This document shows positions 51,705-62,898 of a stretch of DNA of 64,000 nucleotides, one piece after another; position 1 is the stretch's first letter; each line of letters opens with the position of its first letter. The notes beneath the pieces are model-generated. The model did no database searches. It saw only the letters and a program-made list of their open reading frames with translations, and was not told the origin of the DNA. The translations under genes were made by a program, and so were the position numbers. Origin of the DNA: Pseudogymnoascus verrucosus (taxonomy: Eukaryota); NCBI GenBank assembly GCA_001662655.1, contig KV460240.1; one strand, 5' to 3'.

Positions 51705-53241
51705 GGGGAAAGGAAAATTGTACAGTGTGTACTCTATGATGGATGGGGAGAGGGAGTTTGTATAATATGGCAGCGTGGCATTGGGATTGGGTTTGCGTGG
51801 AGTTTATGGGCGCTTGGAGCTGATGTTTCTAGAAGGGTTCTAGAAGGACTCTGATGAGAAGCGCGTCTGCGAACCACTGTCAAATCCCATGTATTATGGG
51901 GCCTAGGGAGCGCCTGAGAGGTGCTCTGGTAGCATAAATTATGCACAGTTACAAACAGGTATCAACAGGCGCTTCGAGGATCTTGTGCAACAGCTCAGAC
52001 ATATCACCACCGGCTTCCCCGAGAGGGACGAAAGTGATATTGTCCGAGGGTATGAAAGTCACAGTACTAGAGTATCAGTTATGACGTCTGGCGCCTCTGT
52101 TCTCCATGCATGCTCGCGGTGATCGCCTGGGATCGATGCGGTGCTAGGTCTCACATCGCCTGAAACGAGAGAAATTGCAGGGCTGGCAGTGGAATGAATC
52201 ACTCTAGTCGCGGCCGCCAATGACGGAGATGAGCAGAAGGTATTATTGTGTGTCTTATGCGTACTGTGTACTCTTTGCTATGGTATTGGTCAGTAATTTA
52301 TTATTGACTTTTTCTTGGTTTATTATCGATTTATTATTGATGTGATTGATGGTGGTTGTGTGAGAACTGGAGTCAAGCCTTCTCCTGCATTCTTGCGGAT
52401 TCTTATTGCTGCTTGTTGCTGTACCTAAGAGGCTTGGTAATCGCTGTTAGCGGGCGAAGGAGAAGGGGATTGAAGGGTGGAGACCCTGTTTGCGGTAGTT
52501 CGGGTGCTGCTTACGGTGCGGAGAAATGGCGAACCCCCTCGTCGTCGCTCCTTTCCCATCGTAAAGAGCCCTGTAGACACACAAGGTACTTACAGTACGG
52601 TAGTACAGTGGGTGTGTTGCGTGGTACCGTACATGCCCTGTGAGGTTGGTGGCGGAAAGGCCGTCTAGGCTCTAAATTTAGCGAATGACCGAGCCACAAA
52701 CCCCCGTGATTTGTGCTATTCGTCTATTTGTCTCTGTGTGTGCACTGTTGCTGTTGGCTCGAGCGAGTTTCAAGGTTTCAAGGTCTCAACTCGCCATTTC
52801 CGCCGCATGATGCAAGTCTAAGACCCGAAGGGCTCATGACATGACGACTCACACTCTCTTCTGACCTTGGATCAGCTACTTTCGCCGTCGCCAGCTCGTC
52901 ACTCTTCATACCTTCTCGTCGCCTTTCTTGCATTCACGTTCTCTTCAAACTATACAGTACTCCCAGCAGTCTTACACCCCGCAGCTTCTTGCTCAGCCTT
53001 ACGACTACGCCGCCTTCCTCGTGGTCTATGACACAACGATCGACCTCACAGCATTCCAACTACGCCTCTTCGCGTGCTACTACACGCTCGACCTACTCGA
53101 GAGCATCCCGTCGCTTTGACTCGACAGCTCTGAAGCAAACCGTCCTGCCCAGTGACAAAGCGGAGCACGCTGCGCTCTCAACGCACACACGACCCTTCCG
53201 ACACACGACGATACACCCCGACCAACCCAAACAAAGCAACC

Positions 53242-56200
53242 ATGAAGGAAATACCTGAGCACCAAGACTCGCCCGACGAGACCACGGTCCAGCCCACACC
53301 ACCAGACAACATGGTTGAAGACACCTCAATCGAGGATGCCCAGCCCTCCCACGAGGACAGCCAGAGCTCGCTCCCCCCACGCATCGCCGCGCGCTTCTAC
53401 CGGCCCTCGTCCAGCCGCCGCAAGTCGTCCGCCGCGTCGTCACGCCGAAACTCCATATCATCCATGCACTCACACCACTCTCACGCCTCAAACCTCTCTC
53501 TCCACGGCGGACCGCAGAGCAACCACATCGCGCAGCACCTGCGCCGCGCGTCGATCATCGAGGACCGCCGAGCGCGACTCGCCGACCGCGCCGCACATGC
53601 CGAGAAGGTACGATTGCGCGCTGCGCTGGCCAAGGCGGCGCCGCGGAGCACGAATAACTCGGAAGAGCGCGCGCTGGCGGCGCAGCAGGCAAGGGAGAAG
53701 AATTTAGCGGAGATTGTGGCGAGCTGCGCGGAGGAGGTGAAGAGGGCGAAGGGGATTGCGGAAAGTATGAAGGAGAAGCGTGAGGCGGAGGGGAAGAAGT
53801 TGAGGAGGCATATGGAGGAGAGATTGGCGGAGGCGGAGAGGAGGAGGGAGGAGATTTTGAATCGTGGGCATGGACATGGGAAGAGGGGGAGGACTTCGAG
53901 TATGGCGAGGGATTCGTCGCCGAGCGCGAATAAGTGCCTCTCGCCCATGCCAGAAGCTGTGGAACATATTTCTGAAGATACGGCTGCTAGTCGTATCCAG
54001 AACTCTTGGAGGACGCATATACGCTGGAAGGCCTTGAAGGAGTTTACTGAGCTTGGGTTGACGATTGAAAAAGCTCGGGATACTTCCTTTGAGGATGTAG
54101 TGACCCTGCTGGCTCAAGAGAAGGTCCTCCTAAGCACTGCTCAGATACTTCGGATATGTGGTCTGAAGGAAGGGGAGAGCGGGTCTGTCAACGAAATGAC
54201 CGCAGTGCGGACATTTCTCAGCGCGTTCCTCATCCTCGGACATCCGACTCAAGTTTTGAGCAGTAAAGGAGGTAATGGGGAGCAAGAGCAGGTGGGAGCG
54301 GCCCCAAGCGCGCCTATGTGCCGTGATGACCTTGCTAATCCACAGTTACAGGAGCTTGTTGCGAAGGCCGGGGATCTACTCATATCCTTCGAGAACGTTA
54401 TATCGCGGTTAACTGCCTTCAATAACTATACCCCCCCGCCCAGACAACTTGCTCCGTTGTCGGAGTCGTATGCGACGTTTTACAATGCCTTCATTGCGTG
54501 GAAGGCTCGCGACTCTAATACGCTGGTTGACATGATGGTCCTGCAGTTTGTTGAGCTCGACGCTATATGGGAGACTGTCAAGGACAGCACAGAGGAGGCT
54601 GTGACGGCCTCATACCGTGATGGCATCCGAGCGAACCAGCTGAAACTCATGGTCAGAATCAAGAAGTTGGCAGGCCCGGTGCATGGCAAGCGCCTTATAT
54701 CGAATGCCATCAAAGAAGCCCGGAAGGCAAGGGCAACCAAGCCGACGGGAGATTCTCGCCCGAGAGCAAGCGTGATAAGCTCAACTCCGACGCCTGATCT
54801 TCAAGAGTTAGCGAAGTCAGAGCAGACGGTAGAGAAGCACCTCCAGACTATGACACCGCCGGCTACGCCTACGCGGACGGCACCTGTCGCCGATGCGAAT
54901 CACGCGGAGCGCCTCAGGACGGTGCAATCGTTGCTGCCTGACAACCGCAATGTCATCCATGAACTGGCGATCGATAAGGAGTATCGTATCGCTATGGAGG
55001 ATTGCTTGGAGCAGCGCGGTGTAGTCAACCGCGCGATCTTCGACGCTATGCGCCGGGAGGTCGCTGCTGGCAACAGTGATCCTTGGACTCTGGCCATGGC
55101 CGAGAACATCAAGGGCAAGCTTCACAGGCTGCTGCAGCCAAACACGTCGCTGCACAACTTGATAAGTGGTGTCTTGGATGTTGACGTTGTCCGCCAGGAG
55201 CTCCGCGCCGGGAGTTTCTCATACGAGAAGTTCTTCTCGTTCATGAGCACCATCTTGCCCAAGCTCTGCGCCCCGATCCGCGACGAAGAAGTCAAGGACC
55301 TAGTCCAGAATAAGCTTCAGAACGGAGACCTAGTCACGCGTCTCGAGGCATTGATGCATTTCATCGACGTAATGCAGCTCGACTACGCGAACTACATGCT
55401 CTCCGAGTCCTCCCCGGAGCTCATCAAACACGCGATCCCTTACGAGCAAAAGCACTTCGCCGATAGTCTCGAGCAAGGCGTACACACTCTCGAGCACACT
55501 GAAATGTGGTGGAATGCCGCGCGCACCAAAGTCCTTGACGAAACCGCACGCCGAGACCCGGAAGGCGTCAATCTCCCGCGCAGCCGCCCGACACCAGAGA
55601 AATTCTACTCCCAAATGCTCATTGATGTCTTCACCGATATCAGCGCGGAGTCTGGGCCGCATCTTCCTGAGACCCTGCAACTCGATGCGCGCCGCATTAA
55701 GCGCGTACGCGCGGATTTGCTGCGTATCCTCTGCGCCGGGGCGGTACTCATCCAGGCCAAGAACCTGCTCAAGCGCGACGTGCGCAGCCAATGGAAGACA
55801 GAGGCGTCGCGCATCCTCAGCGTCCTCGAGGGCGCTAAGTCGGCTGCCTCAGCAAAAGACGGGATTCAAGCTGCCCTTGAATCTTGCAGAAGTATGCCAT
55901 CAGCCACCAAAGCGCATCTGCGCGAGCTAGTCGCCAGGGTGGCGGAGAATACATACGAGCTCGGCTTGATGGAGACAGCAACGCTGCGGGAGCCGGTCAT
56001 GAGACTCTTACTAAAGAGGCTGAGGACCCACGTCCATGCCCGCGTGTCGGCAACGACAGCGAGCGAGAAGGTGAAGGCTACCACGACGGCGAGCGAGGGG
56101 CTCGCGACGCTGGGCTTGCCGGAGTTTGTGGCGCCGATTGGAAAGATTGTGGAGGAGATTGCGAGGGTTGGGGCGGTGGATCGGGAGGCGCATGCGTTGT

Positions 56201-56259
56201 GGTATGAGATTTTGGAGAAGAAGGCTGCGGCGGGGCAGGAGGATTTGGTGCGGGCTTAG
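53242..56259 (+). CDS. Tcp11-domain protein with N-terminal coiled coil and IQ-like motif (~1000 aa); probable in-frame intron 54292-54351
   Basis: Long ORF; AASRIQNSWR IQ-like segment; VRTFLSAFLILGHP; LPDNRNVIHELAIDKEY; ILPKLCAPIRDEEV; VMQLDYANY; LPETLQLDARRI. Confidence 0.9.
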   Translation: MKEIPEHQDSPDETTVQPTPPDNMVEDTSIEDAQPSHEDSQSSLPPRIAARFYRPSSSRRKSSAASSRRNSISSMHSHHSHASNLSLHGGPQSNHIAQHLRRASIIEDRRARLADRAAHAEKVRLRAALAKAAPRSTNNSEERALAAQQAREKNLAEIVASCAEEVKRAKGIAESMKEKREAEGKKLRRHMEERLAEAERRREEILNRGHGHGKRGRTSSMARDSSPSANKCLSPMPEAVEHISEDTAASRIQNSWRTHIRWKALKEFTELGLTIEKARDTSFEDVVTLLAQEKVLLSTAQILRICGLKEGESGSVNEMTAVRTFLSAFLILGHPTQVLSSKGGNGEQEQVGAAPSAPMCRDDLANPQLQELVAKAGDLLISFENVISRLTAFNNYTPPPRQLAPLSESYATFYNAFIAWKARDSNTLVDMMVLQFVELDAIWETVKDSTEEAVTASYRDGIRANQLKLMVRIKKLAGPVHGKRLISNAIKEARKARATKPTGDSRPRASVISSTPTPDLQELAKSEQTVEKHLQTMTPPATPTRTAPVADANHAERLRTVQSLLPDNRNVIHELAIDKEYRIAMEDCLEQRGVVNRAIFDAMRREVAAGNSDPWTLAMAENIKGKLHRLLQPNTSLHNLISGVLDVDVVRQELRAGSFSYEKFFSFMSTILPKLCAPIRDEEVKDLVQNKLQNGDLVTRLEALMHFIDVMQLDYANYMLSESSPELIKHAIPYEQKHFADSLEQGVHTLEHTEMWWNAARTKVLDETARRDPEGVNLPRSRPTPEKFYSQMLIDVFTDISAESGPHLPETLQLDARRIKRVRADLLRILCAGAVLIQAKNLLKRDVRSQWKTEASRILSVLEGAKSAASAKDGIQAALESCRSMPSATKAHLRELVARVAENTYELGLMETATLREPVMRLLLKRLRTHVHARVSATTASEKVKATTTASEGLATLGLPEFVAPIGKIVEEIARVGAVDREAHALWYEILEKKAAAGQEDLVRA

Positions 56260-56857
56260 GTTTTGGTTGGGAGGCTGGGAGGTTGGGAGGTTGGGAGGTT
56301 TGGGGGATCGGATGGGAGGATGGGAGGATGGGAGGATTTTGGGTGTTTTTATTGTTTTGGGAATGGCATTGGATGGTTGGGATTGGGAGGCGTTTGGGAG
56401 AGGGCGGCTTGGGATGGGCTGATTTAGATTCCCCTGGGTTGGTTTAAATTGTATGGGATGGGTTTGGGTTTGGCACTTTGGAAGGGGGGTGCCGATAGCG
56501 TTGGCATTTGGAGATTATAGAGAGATGGCTTGTTAGAGGCAGAGCGAAGAGCATACTGCAATATATTGCATCAGCGTTGCCAGTTGGCATTTCAAGTTGG
56601 TTTTTGTCTTGATGGAAATCTTTGTGGTGATTTTCTTATGGTGCAAAAGGGTCTTTCTAGACGCTACAGTTAACTAACCTTTCATATAAGGGTCCTGCAG
56701 ATAAGCATACCTATATTATTAAGAACTATGATCTCAGTCCTGCCTCATGAATCTTATAGTGTGAAACCCGCAAACTATTATAAACAAGTATGTGCCAAGG
56801 CGAGGCTGCATATGTGGACCGCGCAGCAATTCGCCATTGGCCCGATCCACAAAGCTA

Positions 56858-56923
56858 TGAAAAATAATTCACGTGACCTAGCGATTAGAGGAAATTTATT
56901 TCTCGCCAGCATCCAGCGATGAT
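56858..56923 (+). promoter_or_regulatory. Putative UTP5 promoter elements: RRPE-like A/T boxes, TCACGTGA E-box, PAC-like GCGATGA
   Basis: TGAAAAATAATT (56858), TCACGTGA (56869-56876), GGAAATTTATTTC (~56890), GCGATGAT (56916), 150-210 bp upstream of a ribosome biogenesis gene; matches to the yeast consensus are imperfect. Confidence 0.4.
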
Positions 56924-57070
56924 AATAAATCGCAACTCCCCCCAGTGAAATCCAACGCTCAAACCTCTCCAAGCGTGTCACCCACCCCACCATCACCTAC
57001 CTGGCTCCGACCAGCGCTACCTACCTCCCATCACCACCTACGAAATTCTCCTCCCGACACACGAGACACA

Positions 57071-58249
57071 ATGTCAACCAAGCGCAAGCTCCCCTCCAAA
57101 CTCGCCGCCCCGGTGGTAAAGCCCGCGCGCACACCGAGCAAACAGATTCTCTCCGAAGCACGAGCTGTTGTTACCGGGTCAGCGCTCGATCTCGACTCTC
57201 CATCCGTCCAACTGAACGGCTCAAACCACCTCGATCTCACGCAACTCTCCTCTGATAACTCCTCCGACGACGATGATGAGGATGAAGACCCAGCGAACTT
57301 CCACGCCGAAGGCCCAGCAGACGACGCAGACGATATCTCCATGACCGACGCTGCCGAGCCCAGCTTCGGCGACCTAGTCCTCGCGCACACCAGCGAGCCC
57401 ATCTCCGTCTCCTCCGCTTTCCCCTCCACCGCAAAGTCCGCGTCCTCTGCTCTCGCTGCTCCCTCGGGCGCTAGTTTGGGAGTCGCGCTGAGCCAGGCGC
57501 TGAAGACGTCTGACCACGCCTTGCTGGAGAGCTGTCTGCAGACGTCTGACTTGCCGACTATCCGCGCTACGATCCAGAGGCTTGCAGCGCCGTTGGCGAC
57601 GACGCTGTTGAGCTTGCTTGCGGGGAGATTGCATAGGCGGCCTGGGAGGGCGGGGAGTCTGATGGTGTGGATCCAGTGGACGCTTGTTACGCATGGAGGG
57701 TACCTGGCGACGCAGCCGCAGGTTGTGGCGAAGCTGGCGGAGCTGAATAGGGTTATTGAGGAGAGGGCGAGGGGGTTGCAGGGGCTGTTGGCGTTGAAGG
57801 GGAAGTTGGATTTGTTGGATGCGCAGATGCAGTTGAGGAAGAGTGTGAGGGAGGCGAGGATGGGGGAGGAGGAGGAGGAGGATGAGGATGTGGTTTATGT
57901 GGAGGGGGAGGAGAGCGAGGCGGAGGTGGTGGAGGGGAAGAGTAAGAAGTTGAAGAGGAGTGAGGAGTTTGGGGATAGCGAGAGTGAGATGTCGGATGAT
58001 ATGCCTGATACCCTTGGCGATCGCATTATTGCAGATTCGGATGATGAGGAGGAGGATAGTGATGATGAGGGTGGACTGCTGGATGATGAGGCTGAGGAGA
58101 CGGATGATGATAGTGGAGATGACGAGGAGGAGGTGGACTTTGATGACGCTGATGAGGATGAGGAGGACAGCGATGACGCTGCCGCCGCGACGCCTGTGCG
58201 CTCATCAAAAATGGCAAGGGTCAATGGCGTGTTTGGGAAGTCGAGATAA
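57071..58249 (+). CDS. UTP5: SSU processome subunit Utp5 (Utp12/Dip2 domain, acidic tail)
   Basis: SLGVALSQALKTSDHALLESCL, IRATIQRL, RLHRRPGRAGSLMVWIQWTLVTHGGYL, LLALKGKLDLLDAQM, long D/E-rich C-terminus. Confidence 0.88.
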   Translation: MSTKRKLPSKLAAPVVKPARTPSKQILSEARAVVTGSALDLDSPSVQLNGSNHLDLTQLSSDNSSDDDDEDEDPANFHAEGPADDADDISMTDAAEPSFGDLVLAHTSEPISVSSAFPSTAKSASSALAAPSGASLGVALSQALKTSDHALLESCLQTSDLPTIRATIQRLAAPLATTLLSLLAGRLHRRPGRAGSLMVWIQWTLVTHGGYLATQPQVVAKLAELNRVIEERARGLQGLLALKGKLDLLDAQMQLRKSVREARMGEEEEEDEDVVYVEGEESEAEVVEGKSKKLKRSEEFGDSESEMSDDMPDTLGDRIIADSDDEEEDSDDEGGLLDDEAEETDDDSGDDEEEVDFDDADEDEEDSDDAAAATPVRSSKMARVNGVFGKSR

Positions 58250-58738
58250 ACAAAAGTGGTTCTTCATATTGCGATTGCAGCTAGACGGGGAAGGTCGGAG
58301 GGGGTGCATCGGATACCGGGGAATGTGTGAGAGCGTGAGAAAGGGGCGGATCGGGAGGCGTAATGTTATGCATGGGCCGGCGTTGTTTCTGCACTCGTTT
58401 TCTACGCCGTCCGATCGGAGAGGGGACGTTGTTCATATAGTTGGATGTGCGGCATTGCTGCATGGCATGTGTAGCGTTAGATGGGACTGGAATTAAGAAT
58501 ACGAAAGGCACTGTTTGCGGAAAGAAGGTCGTCTGTTCATTGTTTGAAAGTGAAATGCACAGAAAAAAGCAGGCAGAATTGTAGTAGCGACAATTGCTGA
58601 TTTGCTGAAGGACAGTTCAAACTACGCTTGGTAAATAGACAAAGCAATATAACTTGAAACCCAGAACACCGTCCTTCCACCCACCGCCCTAGTTGAGAAA
58701 TAGCATCCCTAATGTGCATCCGCCACACGCCCTCACCA

Positions 58739-61474
58739 TTATAAGAATCTCCTATTGGTCCTGTACCGCGGCGGCGTATAAACCCTTTCAAACGGCGGTG
58801 GCCTCCCACTGCCACTTCCCCCCAGCCCCACGGGTCTTAAACTACACCAAATCTTCGCATGGATATTCTCCGCCTCTCCCTGCCCCTCGAAAAACGACTT
58901 AATAGTCCTATAATCCGGAAAGTCCCGCGCCTGTGGATCGTCCCCCCCATAGTGAAACATCAGTTGTGACGGAACCCTAAAGTCTGGCCGCATATCGCTG
59001 TCGATGACCGCCTTCTTCAGCGTCAATATCGTCATTTGATACCCGACTTTCAATGACAACATGCCCATTCTACCGTTCACCCCGTTGGTCGGCTGGATGC
59101 ATATAGTCAGCGGGAACGACCTCGGGAGCCCCCCAGGCAGAAACGTCGGCGTAGCCATTTTGCGGAAACACTCGAGATGCGCACTGCGCACGCGCGGCGC
59201 CGGTCCATATCCCAGGTCCGCGAGCCGCGTACTTGAGGGCAGTTCCTGCGGCGTCCCGGGCCTGGCAAACCTGCAACGCACAGCGAGCGCGACGCCGCTG
59301 CTCCTGTCTTTCATCATGACACGCAGCAGATCTTTGAGGGTGGCGCTCATGGGGATGACGAAGGTGCGCATCTGGGCCACGGCCTCGTCGGCGGGGTTTG
59401 GTAGTGGCCCAGGCCAGATCCGCACGGGAATTAGGAAGGTCTGCTCTGGTTCTGTTGGCAGCTGGGGGACCGGCGCGGCTGGGCGATTGAGATTGATGTC
59501 GTGGAGCCAACTGTTCATCATGTCGATTTGGCGGATAGGCACCGGCTCGCTCCGCCGCGACCTCTTGGGTTCCGGCTCCGGCCCCTGAGTGGGCCGTTTT
59601 GGCGACCGTGGAATATTGGCCGCTGGAGGGCATTTGATGTTCTTCACTACCTTACCCCAGTCTGGCTGTTTTGAGGGTGCGCTACGGCCAGGCGGCGGTT
59701 TGGATTTTCTGGGACCCTTCCCATCGAGGATATCAGCGGGCTGCGTGAACTTGTCCCCTGGCCATGGTTTGTGGCGTACGACGGGCTCGGTTCTCCTCAC
59801 AGGCGGCTGCGCTTGAGCCGTGCCACCGGGCCCCGCTGCAGGAGGCGCCCCGGGCTGATTATTGTTCGTGGGTGGATTCTGGCCCGCCGCCGGGCCACCA
59901 GGAGGGTTAACCGGCCCCTGGTTACCGGGTGGAGGGGGATTCTGTCCTGTGGCGGGGCCACCAGGAAGGTTACCCCCCTGGTTATTGGCCGTGGCAGGAT
60001 TCTGTGGATCGTAATTAATCGCGAGATCGACCTGATGCCGCTGCCGGCGGCGCAGGTTCACAACCTCTTCCATTTCAGGGATCCGCTTAGGCCATACGGT
60101 ACTCGGGAACTTTCCAAACCATCCATCGAGCATCAAAGTGTCGACGGGTTTGAGCGTTCCATATATTTTCGAAGATGTGGCTCCCCAGGGGTTGAAGTTT
60201 TTGAGGCCCGCTCGTGTCCTCCTGACCAATTCCACGGAGGTGGGTCGGAAGGCCGGGTCAAAGTGTAGACATTCGGCGACGAGGCCTCGCAAAACTCTGC
60301 TAAGTCTGATTTCCATTTCCAGATCTTCTCCTCCCATAGTTCTATGCCTATGTCGTCTTGTGAGGCGCGTCCGGGTAGGAGGATCAATATAAGGGAAACT
60401 ATGAGTTTGCATTATGAGGCAAAACATTATGACCCCAACCTGAAAAATATTCGTGCATGCTCCGAGTCGTCGTTTGGGACGTGGAATCCTTCGTAGTTGT
60501 TCCTAAGTAAATCAGCACACTGAAGCAAAGCTAGCTAAAAATGGAAATGACCATACCGGCGCCCTATAAATAACAGTTCCGACGTCTTCATACTCATCCA
60601 AGTTTTTATCGTGATCTTTGTGGGGCCCGTTCCGTTCGTTGGGGAGAACCTGGGAGAGCCCAAAGTCTGAGATCACAACCCGCCTAGCACCGACGTGTTC
60701 ATAACCATCAGTCACCGAAACCAGGGCGTTGTCGGGTTTGAGATCGAAGTGCACAACCTCATGCTCGTTCCCCCAGGGCTCCCTACGCGAAAACCGGGAT
60801 TCCGAGTCCTCCTCATGCCCACGCTCCATAACCATGACCGCTTTGGATAAACAGTGGAACCACGACCACAGCATAGGCTCGTCGGTGAGGTCACCCCTGT
60901 AAGAGCTATCGTTGATGTGTTTGGCAAGGCTACCATACTCGCAGTACTCCATGAATATGCGATGCACCTCCCTCCTCTTCTGATCAACCGCTACCCGATC
61001 CTGCAGCCCGACATCGCGGTGAACGCGGCCATAGATTTTCGGGAAGTGTCTCGACCCCGTCCTGGTCAGCATTTCCATGATGAATGCCTCGCTGATCAAA
61101 CCTTTATTAAGCACCGCGCTCGCCTGCTTGACAACGATATCGCGAATCTCCCTCTCCACATCTCCTATTTTATGTGGACCCGCTGCCACATACCGCCAGT
61201 GGCCAGCAATCCCGAAGCCGCCAGCCCCTAGGACACTGACAGGCTCCCATCCCTCCGGGAAGCTCTTGTTCCACCGATCCGAGCTAAATAGCCAGTCGTT
61301 AGCGCGCGGGTCAGCCTGGTGGATCTGACTCTGCGCTGAATCTCTGTATAAGCTATCTGGGGGATTCCCGACTTGGTTCCATCTGAAGGCGCTGATTTCG
61401 CGATCCCTGATTGCCAAGTAGTTCCTTGAGTTTACCGGAGTGGTCCCCCATTTCGAGTGTAGCCATAGGGCCAT
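58739..61474 (-). CDS. Ser/Thr protein kinase (non-RD) with Pro-rich linker and extended C-terminus, ~893 aa; intron 60556-60503
   Basis: LGAGGFG, IVVKQ, LISEAFIM, IFMEYCEYGSL, VVHFDLKPDN, ISDFGL, GTVIYRAP|EQ across a GTATGG..GCTGAT..TAG intron, TNIFQVGVIM, ECLHFDPAFRPT. Confidence 0.88.
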
Positions 61475-61861
61475 GTCGTATGATGTGATCCCCCAAACTT
61501 GGGTATGGTGTTGCTGGATAGGTCGATATATGAGAGGGCACGAAGATTGGTGATCTGCCAGAAAGGATCAGATTGAAAAATTGCAGAAAATGTGTCCAAC
61601 TCCAAGCGCGTCCCCAGACAACTTTAATGCCACGAAGACAATGAAACAGCTCGGTGACTTTCCTTCCTTTGTGCCGCCCCAAAAAATCCTTTTATTCGAG
61701 TCCGCTCCACAGCAAACATTATCCGCAACCGTCAGAGGAACAAAGACGACTCGACTCGACAAAGAGGCACTCCCAGAACTTCTTTTCGGAAATATCGCCA
61801 TTTTCAACCACAAACACACGACACTGATCCATCAACCACCCCTCTCCGGAACAGTCACATG

Positions 61862-62898
61862 TTAACGCCCCTTCAACCTCCCAATATCCACTCTAACCTC
61901 TTCAACCTCCCCCTCCATTTCCTCCCACACCCTCGCAATCTCCTTCATAACCCTCTCCTTCCCACCCTCTCTGCCAACCCCATACCTCTGTAACTCCCTC
62001 TCCGCACCCCCCCTCCGACTCTCCATCCTCACCTTCCCATCCCTCAAATGCTCCCTATAAACCTGCAACGCCCTGACTGCTTCAGGTCCATAGACGAGGC
62101 TCTCCGCGACTTTCCATTTCTGCTGCGCTTCTGTAGCGGTGGTGGAGCATGATAGGGATAACATCTCAGCGTGAGCGCGGGAGTGACGGGAGAGAGAGCC
62201 GTGGGTTGTTTGTTCGAGGATGCGGATTACAGCCGCTGCCTGCGCGGTGTAGAGGGCCAGTAACTTTACAGCCAGGTCGGTGAGGGTGGTGCGGTTCACC
62301 GCCAGGCGGAGACGAAGGTCGGTGACTTGATCACGCAGGGCGATGATAGATGTGGCGAGGCTAGGGATCTGACGATGTAGGAATGAGGGGTTGGTATGCG
62401 GATTCATCAGCCGCGTGAGGGGAAGTGCATGGGTCGTGAGGTGTGTGGAGACAAGGGCAGCAATGGCCTGGAGATTGGCGGGTAGGTTTGGGAGTTGAAG
62501 TGGGCTTGGGGATTTGAGAGAGAGGGTGAGTAGGATGATTAACTCCGTTAGCTCTGCGGGCAGTGGGATTTCCGCAGCGGGCGTGGATTGCCGACTTGAT
62601 GATGTCTTTGATGGAGGCGGCGCGGGAGAGGTGAGTGGGAGATCTTCAAGGGCTCTCCGGAGGATCTTTTCGCGCGTGAACTTTAGACGGAGGATTTTAA
62701 GTTCCTAAACTTCCATTAGTAAAGCCCTCTTGTTAAAAATCCGAGGGGACGCACAGTAGCCACCGCATGACGCTCCGCCTTCTTAGGATGCTTCCTCGTC
62801 CCCCCATCCGTCGTAAGCACTTTCGTCACCAGCGTCTTGTGCAGAAGTGCGAACTTGGGGTTTGCCGCCAGGACGGCGCTGTCGATTGGGGGTATCAT
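61862..62898 (-). CDS. Coiled-coil protein resembling augmin subunit HAUS4; intron 62754-62705
   Basis: MIPPIDSAVLAANPKFALLHKTLVTKVLTTDGGTR...AVAT|ELKILRLKFTREKILRRALEDL reads in frame into ORF 62407-61862, ending VYGPEAVRALQVYREHL...AERELQRYG...MKEIARVWEEMEGEVEEVRVDIGRL. The gene model is clear; the family call is by eye. Confidence 0.75.
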
